From a virus, in IMG/VR virus record IMGVR_UViG_3300031994_000147: a stretch of 51,627 nucleotides of DNA, one strand, 5' to 3'. Of the stretch, positions 1 through 6,179 are shown piece by piece (the stretch's first letter is position 1; every line of letters begins with the position of its first letter). The notes under the pieces were generated by a model, which had not been told where the DNA came from, searched no databases, and saw nothing but the letters and a program-made list of their open reading frames with translations. Position numbers and translations under genes: made by a program.

Positions 1-127
1 GATAGATTATAGGAGGGGTAGCATGAATAAGAAGAAAATGAGCGAGTGGCTGTACAGAGCCCTCAGGACATTCGGACAGGCGGCAATCGGTTACATCGGT
101 GCTAACATAGCACTGACAGATACATCA
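1..127. repeat. Terminal direct repeat, identical to 51501..51627 (circular-assembly overlap)
   Basis: Read base by base: 1-127 equals 51501-51627. It includes the holin RBS and the first 35 codons. Confidence 0.95.
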
Positions 128-217
128 GACAGTCAGGCTCTGAGAGTTCTGCTGACTGCGGCAATAGCAGCAGGCATATCAGCACTTATGAACGCAGATC
201 TGAACCACGAGAAGTAA
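23..217 (+). CDS. Holin (r1t / Phage_holin_1-like), 64 aa
   Basis: RBS AGGAGGGG at 11-18. The motif YRALRTFGQAAIGYIG resembles the ...RAIKTFAQAMIG... signature of r1t-type holins. Two hydrophobic segments. Lies immediately upstream of the endolysin. Confidence 0.7.
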   Translation: MNKKKMSEWLYRALRTFGQAAIGYIGANIALTDTSDSQALRVLLTAAIAAGISALMNADLNHEK

Positions 218-231
218 AGGAGTGTTGACGT

Positions 232-1176
232 ATGAGCAATAGTAGTCTTGCAAAGTGGAAGTGGAGCGGCATATCTGACCACTACAACATAAGAGATCAC
301 GCCATTGATAAAATAACAATCCACCACATGGCAGGTAATTTGTCGCTGTCTGGCTGCTGTAATGCGGTGCAGTCCAGAGGTGGATCCACGAACTACTGCA
401 TAGACAGTAACGGCAACATCGGCGTGATGATAGACGAGAAGTACAGAGCATGGACGAGCTCCAACAGGGAAAACGACATGAGGGCTGTAACGATCGAAGT
501 AGCCAATGCCCCCGGTGCAGGTGAGCCTAACTGGAAGGTGACCGATGCAGCACTCAACGCCTGCATTAAGCTGTGTGCTGATATCTGCAGAAGAAACGGT
601 ATTAAGCGCATCAACTACACCGGAGATACATCAGGTAACCTCACCATGCACAGGTGGTTCTTCGCTACCGGCTGCCCCGGTCCTTATCTGGGCAGTAAGT
701 TCCCTTATATTGCATCTGAGGTAAACAAGCTCCTCACCATAGCACCTGCAGCTCCTGCACCCGCGCCTGCTGTTAAGCCTACGGTGACCAACCCCGGTAC
801 TGGCGGCGGTACTTCTCAGATATACCGTGTGCGCAAGTCTTGGGCTGACAGTAAGTCTCAGATAGGTGCATTCAAGAGCCTTGACAATGCAAAGAAGGCT
901 TGCAAGGCAGGATATAAGGTATTCGATGCAAACGGTAACGCGGTATATCCTGCGGCGGCTGTGGCAGCGGCTAAGACATACAGGGTCAAAGTCGTGCATG
1001 ACGATCTCAATATAAGGTCAGGAGCAGGCGTATCAAACAAAGTGGTCGGCAGCATCAAAGATCACGGCGTATATACCATAGTGGCTGATAAGGTCGTTGA
1101 CGGTCAGACCTGGGGCAAGCTTAAGAGCGGTGCAGGGTGGATATGCCTTGCAGCAGGATTCGCCAAAAAGATGTAA
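232..1176 (+). CDS. Endolysin: N-acetylmuramoyl-L-alanine amidase (Amidase_2/PGRP fold) with C-terminal wall-binding repeat and SH3b-like domain
   Basis: N-terminal ITIHHMAG...NYCID...AWTS...TIEVAN pattern typical of Amidase_2. A PAPAPA linker follows. The C-terminus YRVKVVHDDLNIRSGAGVSNKVVGSI...GQTWGKL is SH3_3-like. Confidence 0.85.
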   Translation: MSNSSLAKWKWSGISDHYNIRDHAIDKITIHHMAGNLSLSGCCNAVQSRGGSTNYCIDSNGNIGVMIDEKYRAWTSSNRENDMRAVTIEVANAPGAGEPNWKVTDAALNACIKLCADICRRNGIKRINYTGDTSGNLTMHRWFFATGCPGPYLGSKFPYIASEVNKLLTIAPAAPAPAPAVKPTVTNPGTGGGTSQIYRVRKSWADSKSQIGAFKSLDNAKKACKAGYKVFDANGNAVYPAAAVAAAKTYRVKVVHDDLNIRSGAGVSNKVVGSIKDHGVYTIVADKVVDGQTWGKLKSGAGWICLAAGFAKKM

Positions 1177-1218
1177 AAGCATAAATAGCCATTTTTAAAA
1201 CCTCCACATATACAAAAG

Positions 1219-1252
1219 TCCTCTCTCGGGCAGTTCCGGGAGAGGATTTGTT
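1219..1252. terminator. Bidirectional rho-independent terminator between the endolysin (+) and the 1267..1488 gene (-)
   Basis: Stem TCCTCTC-TCGGG/CCGG-GAGAGGA followed by TTTGTT. Confidence 0.65.
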
Positions 1253-1266
1253 ATTGCTAGCAATAT

Positions 1267-1488
1267 TCATTTCTTAGAGATCAGCTCCTGAGCCGCGCAC
1301 AGCGCAAGGTACGACACCGCATAAGGGCGTGAACGTTCGAGCACATCATCTTCGTACATGTGGCTGAACACTGCTTCAATTGTGGCGAGTGCTTCTGCTA
1401 TCAGATCTCCATCATTCAGCCCTTCAATATCTCTAGCATAGTACTCTGAGAGCTGCTGTCTGAATTTTTCTCTATCGGTAATTTGCAT
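1267..1488 (-). CDS. Hypothetical acidic protein, 73 aa (start trimmed to MQITDRE)
   Basis: On the minus strand GAGGGGG-TATATT-ATG gives a good RBS for the ATG at 1488. The ORF-track start at 1509 has no RBS. Confidence 0.6.
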   Translation of the reverse strand: MQITDREKFRQQLSEYYARDIEGLNDGDLIAEALATIEAVFSHMYEDDVLERSRPYAVSYLALCAAQELISKK

Positions 1489-1539
1489 AATATACCCCCT
1501 CAAAATCATTTCTCACATTGTCAAAAGTGGCTAAGTAGT

Positions 1540-1789
1540 GGGGTAACAAAGAGCGGTAACATTCTGCCGAAACCCCTATTTTCTGTTACCCCTGTTTATT
1601 TTCTTGTTACCCCTAATGTTACCTTAAATGTTACCCCTGAAATGCCCTATTTTACTATGTTTCATATATAAAGGTAACAAAGTAACATAAAAATAGGTAA
1701 TAGACTAGAAATAGCATATTAAGGGCACATATACGCCATACACGCCATATCTGCGCCCGTATACGCGCGCGAGCGCGAATGTTGTTACC
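1540..1789. repeat. Iteron-rich dispersed repeat, copy A (partner 25658..25910)
   Basis: GGTAAC at 1542 and 1555. GTTACC at 1585, 1606, 1618 and 1630. AT-rich core TATATATAAA. GGTAAC at 1673. TAYACGC-like motifs at 1729-1770. Terminal GTTGTTACC at 1781-1789. Collinear with copy B. Confidence 0.9.
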
Positions 1790-2005
1790 TCACTCTTTCG
1801 GCTCTGGTTCGTAGGACAGTATATCCCCGGGCTGACACTCGAGCAGTTCACACAGGGTAGCTATACCGTCAGCACCGAGCATCTTTCCCTCTTTCAGCTT
1901 CTGGATAGAGCTGTGCGAAATGATCTTCTCGACATTGAGACGGTATGTGGAGTAACCCTTTTCTTTCAGGGCTGCTAATACATTGATCTTGTACTGTAAC
2001 GACAT
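1790..2005 (-). CDS. Small XRE/Cro-C1-type helix-turn-helix regulator, 71 aa
   Basis: The pattern KINVLAALKEKGYSTYRL...SIQKLKEGK...IATLCELLECQPGDIL matches the ~70-aa HTH family ending ...L.C...DI. Divergent from the 2181+ operon. Confidence 0.75.
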   Translation of the reverse strand: MSLQYKINVLAALKEKGYSTYRLNVEKIISHSSIQKLKEGKMLGADGIATLCELLECQPGDILSYEPEPKE

Positions 2006-2040
2006 GATATCACCTCCCGCTTACATTGTATCATAAAACC

Positions 2041-2131
2041 TTACCGAAAACAAGGTAACATTCTGCACAAAAATGATACCGATTTTTCGGTAATAATGCG
2101 AATTGAATATTACCGAATTTTCGGATATAAT
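2041..2131 (+). promoter_or_regulatory. Divergent promoter/operator region: rightward promoter TTGAAT(2103-2108)-17 bp-TATAAT(2126-2131) with palindromic operators
   Basis: Palindromes TACCGATTTTTCGGTA (2077-2092) and TACCGAATTTTCGGAT (2111-2126). TTACC-N9-GGTAA at 2041-2059. 12-mer GGTAACATTCTG at 2054-2065. Leftward extended -10 TGATACAAT upstream of the HTH gene. Confidence 0.7.
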
Positions 2132-2180
2132 AAGAAGCACAGTAAGAGAACACGAACCCAAAACCGCAGGAGGTATCACA

Positions 2181-2438
2181 ATGAGAGTTAATTACAAGGG
2201 CATGGATAGAGATTACAACTATCGAGTAGCTGAAATCTCATGGGACGATGAAAACCAGAAAGAGGAAAACGCGATACACAGAATCGCATACCTCATGGAA
2301 GTACGTGGTTGGAACATCGAGATCGTGACCAACGGTTACGCTCTTTGTGAGGTAGACGATAAGGAAGACTACACCGAATTCATGCGGGATTGGAAAGACT
2401 GTAAGAAGAGCATTAAGGCAGACCACGAGGAGGTATGA
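2181..2438 (+). CDS. Hypothetical protein, 85 aa (start trimmed to MRVNYKG)
   Basis: RBS GCAGGAGG 6 nt upstream of the ATG at 2181. The ORF-track start at 2103 lies inside the promoter. Confidence 0.65.
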   Translation: MRVNYKGMDRDYNYRVAEISWDDENQKEENAIHRIAYLMEVRGWNIEIVTNGYALCEVDDKEDYTEFMRDWKDCKKSIKADHEEV

Positions 2439-2441
2439 ACA

Positions 2442-2633
2442 ATGAAAGACACAATGTATCTCGTATTCAAGCAGATAGGCAACTTCGCTACAAGACAAGA
2501 CCCGATAGTCGCTTACATCATTGGCACTGGTCGTGAAGCACAGGAAGAGTGCAACAGACGTAACAAGGCAGGCACAGCTTACCACTACTTCATGGAAGCA
2601 GCGGAAGTCAAGAAGGAGGGCATAGAGATATGA
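2442..2633 (+). CDS. Hypothetical protein, 63 aa
   Basis: RBS AGGAGG. Tightly packed in the operon. Confidence 0.6.
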   Translation: MKDTMYLVFKQIGNFATRQDPIVAYIIGTGREAQEECNRRNKAGTAYHYFMEAAEVKKEGIEI

Positions 2634-2878
2634 ACGATACACTGAGAATGAAAAAGCTGCTGATAGCACTTAACGACTACATGAACAGTTTCAGCTATTA
2701 CGATGATGAGATAGACGAGACTGTGATAGACGGAGACGAAACCGAGTGCTATAACGTAATCATGCAGGATGATGAACTTCACCTGCTGGGCACCGAGACG
2801 GTCAAGAGCGTGATTCACACCTGCTTCGTGGACTGGGAAGAGTTTGACAAGATGTGCAGGAAGCACAAGGCATACTGA
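2630..2878 (+). CDS. Hypothetical acidic protein, 82 aa
   Basis: ATGA start/stop overlap with the previous gene. Starts MNDTLRM. Confidence 0.6.
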   Translation: MNDTLRMKKLLIALNDYMNSFSYYDDEIDETVIDGDETECYNVIMQDDELHLLGTETVKSVIHTCFVDWEEFDKMCRKHKAY

Positions 2879-2896
2879 GAACAGGAGGTACGAACC

Positions 2897-3076
2897 ATGA
2901 ACGATACACTGAGAATGATAGACACAGATCTGTACGAGTACAGAAGATACGCCATCACAGGTAACCCGAGGATCCTGTTTGTTTGCATAGCTCCCTACGG
3001 AGCTTTCTCCCCGAAAGCATACAGCACCATAGAAGAAGCTAAGGCAGCCATAGATGAAGATATTGCAGCGAGGTGA
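2897..3076 (+). CDS. Hypothetical protein, 59 aa (below the ORF-track cutoff)
   Basis: RBS CAGGAGG at 2883-2888, ATG at 2897, TGA at 3074-3076. Fills an otherwise empty gap. The first 7 codons are identical to the gene at 2630. Confidence 0.5.
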   Translation: MNDTLRMIDTDLYEYRRYAITGNPRILFVCIAPYGAFSPKAYSTIEEAKAAIDEDIAAR

Positions 3077-3081
3077 ACAAG

Positions 3082-3444
3082 ATGTTAGATTTCTACATGA
3101 TAGTCGCAAGAGTGAACGGTATAGACTTCCTCACAAAGGTAAACGCAGAGAGCAATTACAGCGCGGAGCATCAGGTCATGGACTTGGGCATCTGCGGAAA
3201 GCACGACTATTCGGTGACCGCCTGCATGGCATACGACCGTGAAGCCATGAAAACAGATACGTTCATAGGTGCAGCACTTAACGCTGCACCGATCACGTTC
3301 AATGAACTGGCAGACCTGATAGAGGAGAGGAACAAAGAGATATTGAAGCGTGACGAAACGGAGCACAGGATATCAGCGATCGAGAAGAAGATACAGGAGC
3401 TGACAAGCGAACTTGAAGCAGCTCGGAAGTTCATGGAAGGATAA
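3082..3444 (+). CDS. Hypothetical protein with C-terminal coiled coil, 120 aa
   Basis: RBS GAGGTGA, then ATG at 3082. Confidence 0.6.
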   Translation: MLDFYMIVARVNGIDFLTKVNAESNYSAEHQVMDLGICGKHDYSVTACMAYDREAMKTDTFIGAALNAAPITFNELADLIEERNKEILKRDETEHRISAIEKKIQELTSELEAARKFMEG

Positions 3445-3459
3445 ACGGAGGTAATCACA

Positions 3460-3795
3460 ATGACAGTAAATGAAAAGTTCATCAGCAGGCTTATAGGCAT
3501 ACTCGAGGGCGCAAGTGAGCTCGGTACAGCCAACGTTCGCAAGATGGAAGATACCGGAACCGATGAATACATCGTCCGTTATGAGGACGGTAACAACATC
3601 ACGATCTCGATATACTTCACCGACAAGAACTGCTGCAACGTAGGATATCTTGATGCAGATGCCAGGTATAGAAGCTTTTCCTCGTGGGCAAGGATTGACA
3701 GAGCAAATGAAGCGAAGTTCCTTTTCGATCTGGCAATACTGCTCCACAGGTGCAGCGAGTACGCGGCCTATCACTTTGACTTCATAGAGGACTAA
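3460..3795 (+). CDS. Hypothetical protein, 111 aa
   Basis: RBS ACGGAGGT. Its 21-nt junction block is identical to the one at 3832-3852. Confidence 0.65.
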   Translation: MTVNEKFISRLIGILEGASELGTANVRKMEDTGTDEYIVRYEDGNNITISIYFTDKNCCNVGYLDADARYRSFSSWARIDRANEAKFLFDLAILLHRCSEYAAYHFDFIED

Positions 3796-3849
3796 AACAC
3801 AAGGGCGGCTCTGCTGCCGCCCATAACTAACTAAACGGAGGTAATCACA

Positions 3850-4194
3850 ATGGCAGAGAACAAGATGTACTTACAGAGCGACAACGGCGGATACGGTGTC
3901 CTGGTGCTGGACGGAGCGCACCGCAAGTGGTATTACTGGGGTGAGAACGAGATACCCGCTGTACTTATCGGTGAGACCGATGAAGAAAATGCAGAGATCA
4001 TCAGCAAGGCTATCACAGCAGGAATGTTTGATGCTGATGATTTCATCAACGAGCACTCGGAGGAAGAGCTTGCAGAACATCACATAGAAGCTTATGACGG
4101 TCTGGCTGACATAGCCGCTGTTGACAGCTACGAGAACGATAACCGCGACTTTGACAAGACAAGTTGGATAGAGATCAAGGAGGTAAGATCATGA
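3850..4194 (+). CDS. Hypothetical, strongly acidic protein, 114 aa
   Basis: RBS ACGGAGGT. D/E-rich throughout. Confidence 0.65.
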   Translation: MAENKMYLQSDNGGYGVLVLDGAHRKWYYWGENEIPAVLIGETDEENAEIISKAITAGMFDADDFINEHSEEELAEHHIEAYDGLADIAAVDSYENDNRDFDKTSWIEIKEVRS

Positions 4195-4418
4195 AAACGA
4201 AATGTATTGCAAGCGCACCTGATAAGGCTACGCTTGAAAAGCTTATCAACGAGTACTTCTTCTCGACCAGTTACTTCATAAACGATGACCTGCAGGTCAA
4301 GAGCGCAAAGACAGGAAAAGTCCTTGACGGTTACAACATTACCGTTAAGACATCAAAGTGGAAGTCCGGAAAGGTCGAGGAGAAGTGGCGGTTCAGCAAA
4401 TATGAGGAGGAGGATTAA
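4191..4418 (+). CDS. Hypothetical protein, 75 aa (start trimmed to MKTKCIA)
   Basis: RBS AAGGAGGT 6 nt upstream of the ATG at 4191. ATGA overlap with the previous stop. Confidence 0.6.
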   Translation: MKTKCIASAPDKATLEKLINEYFFSTSYFINDDLQVKSAKTGKVLDGYNITVKTSKWKSGKVEEKWRFSKYEEED

Positions 4419-4421
4419 ACC

Positions 4422-4646
4422 ATGAGACCATTGACTATAAGAGAGTGCATCAGATACTGCGAGAATGCTATGAGGGAAATGTGGGAGAAATACGGCAAGC
4501 CTGCTGAATACAGTAAACGCCGTGAAGTATACGTCCGCTGCAAGGAGCTCTGCAAAGAGAACGGTTATGTCGGTTCTCGCTTCGTCTCGATCTGGAACAC
4601 AGCGAGCACCAACGCACACAGGGAGGCGGTCACAATATGTCGGTAG
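4422..4646 (+). CDS. Hypothetical protein, 74 aa
   Basis: RBS GAGGAGGAGG upstream. Confidence 0.6.
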   Translation: MRPLTIRECIRYCENAMREMWEKYGKPAEYSKRREVYVRCKELCKENGYVGSRFVSIWNTASTNAHREAVTICR

Positions 4647-4837
4647 TGATCGGTAACGTGATCTTCATGAAGTCAGATGACGACAGGTTCACTTGGGAAG
4701 CACACAGACCAGATGTACATGGAGTGGTCGCTTGGGTGTCGGTTCTTCCCGGTGACGTAGAAGTACACAACAGGGTAAGCGTAGAACATTATTCAACACT
4801 TGAAGAAGCTGCAAGAGCTATCGAGCAGTACGGCTAG
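4637..4837 (+). CDS. Hypothetical protein, 66 aa
   Basis: RBS GGGAGG upstream. Last gene of the operon. Confidence 0.55.
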   Translation: MSVVIGNVIFMKSDDDRFTWEAHRPDVHGVVAWVSVLPGDVEVHNRVSVEHYSTLEEAARAIEQYG

Positions 4838-4866
4838 ACGGTGAAAACAAAGAAAGAATATAGGGG

Positions 4867-4897
4867 CAGAGGGTCGGAGTTCTCCGGCTCTCTTTTT
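4867..4897 (+). terminator. Rho-independent terminator ending the accessory operon
   Basis: GC-rich hairpin around CGGAGTTCTCCG with extended stem, followed by TTTTT (4893-4897). Confidence 0.6.
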
Positions 4898-4906
4898 GTG
4901 TCCGCG

Positions 4907-4930
4907 TGTCCAGTTTTCATGTCCAGTTTT
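4907..4930 (+). repeat. Two direct TGTCCAGTTTT repeats (candidate integrase arm-type sites, P arm)
   Basis: TGTCCAGTTTT at 4907-4917 and 4920-4930. Same motif and orientation as at 5114 and 5126. Confidence 0.55.
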
Positions 4931-4991
4931 TGTGAAAAATACAGTTTTTCTGTGCATATCATGCACATACAGTTATTGTTGAGAGCATAAT

Positions 4992-5038
4992 AAAACCGCC
5001 TGCTTACGCGATATTACGTAAACAAGCGGTTTTCGCTT
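4992..5038. terminator. Long imperfect hairpin with flanking T-tracts (terminator next to the attP core)
   Basis: AAAACCGC...GCGGTTTT outer stem plus inner pairs. On the minus strand it directly follows the tRNA-like ...CGCCA end and is followed by TTTTATTAT. Confidence 0.55.
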
Positions 5039-5062
5039 TGGCGGAGAAGGAGGGATTCGAAT
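5039..5062 (-). other. attP: attP core: mimic of the 3' end of a tRNA gene (probably tRNA-Ser)
   Basis: The minus strand reads ATTCGAAT-CCCTC-CTTCTCC-G-CCA, that is T-loop, T-stem 3' strand, acceptor 3' strand, G73 and CCA. The upstream T-stem partner is absent, so only the 3' part of a tRNA is present. It lies 17 nt from the int stop codon. Confidence 0.65.
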
Positions 5063-5078
5063 ACTCGTTCACTCGACT

Positions 5079-6143
5079 TTAAACCTCGTAAACTTCCTGG
5101 TTTTCATCGTCTGTGTCCAGTTTCGTGTCCAGTATCTCCGAGAACTTTGCAGACATGGTCTGCGATATCTCTTTCTTCTTGGCATCGTACAGATGCTGAT
5201 AGACGTTCTTTATCATGTTTGGTGAGCTCTGCCCCAGACGTTCCATAGCGTACTTATCTGGCACGCCCTGAGCTAGCATGAGTGATGCATTACCGTGTCT
5301 CTGACCGTGCATCGTGAAGTGCGGCAGGCCGTTCAGCTCACAGAGCTGTTGGAATCTCTTCAACACCGAGTTCGGTGTCATGGTGCTTATGTACTCAGAC
5401 TTCCGCTCAGCTCTGTCAAGCCTTGCCTTTAGCACCGCATCGACTTCAAGCAGTCTTGTACTTGCCTTAGACTTGGTCGTGTCCTTCTCCACGAGCTTGT
5501 TATCCTTGTTCGGGACTTTTGCTGCATGGATGTACAGGAACTGTCCGTCATAGTCGGACCATTTGAGCGCCGCTATCTCCGATTGTCTGAGACCCAGAGT
5601 GACCGCGATCGTGACCGGGAGCTCAACGTTAGTCCCCTCAACGATGGTCAGTATCTTGGCTATCTCTTTTTCGGTCGGTATGTTCGGCTCGTACTTCTGC
5701 TTCTCAGGGAGCTTGATAGCTCGCAGATCTAAGTCAATTCTGTTCTGCCTGAGGGTAGCTGTAACAAGCCCGAACTGGTTACGTATGCCCTTTGGCTTGT
5801 ACCTCGCTGCATTATCACTTACCCACTTCTGCAAGTCTTTCTCGGTGATATCTTTCAGCTGCATCTTCCCGAAGTCACCCAGAGCGTTCCGGTAGATTAT
5901 CATGTACCCTCTGACTGTTGAGGGGCTTAGCACATTTTCCTTCGATTCGATATATTCTTTCACGGCTTCACTGAGCGTTAGTGCTCTCGGTGAGGTCTTT
6001 ATTTTTCGCTTAGTTTCCCATTCGGCAGCAAGCAGCTTTACTTCTGCTTTGGTCGGAGCAGTGAAGCTCTTCCGGGTGTTGGTGTGTCTGTCGTATACTC
6101 TGATACGGTAATTCCCGCTCGGCAGTTTCTCGATCTTAGCCAT
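5079..6143 (-). CDS. int: Tyrosine recombinase / phage integrase, 354 aa
   Basis: N-terminal arm-binding type MAKIEKLPSGNYRIRVYD. The C-terminus has RQSE, HGQRHG...L and the NVYQHLY catalytic Tyr context. Confidence 0.92.
   Translation of the reverse strand: MAKIEKLPSGNYRIRVYDRHTNTRKSFTAPTKAEVKLLAAEWETKRKIKTSPRALTLSEAVKEYIESKENVLSPSTVRGYMIIYRNALGDFGKMQLKDITEKDLQKWVSDNAARYKPKGIRNQFGLVTATLRQNRIDLDLRAIKLPEKQKYEPNIPTEKEIAKILTIVEGTNVELPVTIAVTLGLRQSEIAALKWSDYDGQFLYIHAAKVPNKDNKLVEKDTTKSKASTRLLEVDAVLKARLDRAERKSEYISTMTPNSVLKRFQQLCELNGLPHFTMHGQRHGNASLMLAQGVPDKYAMERLGQSSPNMIKNVYQHLYDAKKKEISQTMSAKFSEILDTKLDTDDENQEVYEV
5114..5135 (+). repeat. Two further TGTCCAGT repeats inside the 3' end of int (candidate P' arm sites)
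   Basis: TGTCCAGTTT at 5114-5123 and TGTCCAGTAT at 5126-5135. They encode the LDTKLDT tail of Int. Confidence 0.5.
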
Positions 6144-6179
6144 AATATCACCCGCCTTTGCGTTTCATTCTCGATGTGC

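Noticed and set aside
1483-1671. ORFs running through the iteron repeats (1483..1671 on the plus strand, 25824..26189 on the minus strand).
   Set aside because: They are products of the repeat sequence itself (VTP/NVT repeats translated from GTTACC). There is no RBS, and the two copies do not preserve a common reading frame.
1267-2005. Toxin-antitoxin pair formed by the 73-aa acidic protein and the 71-aa HTH protein.
   Set aside because: The two genes are separated by the 250-bp iteron repeat and are not in one operon. Neither shows a recognisable toxin motif.
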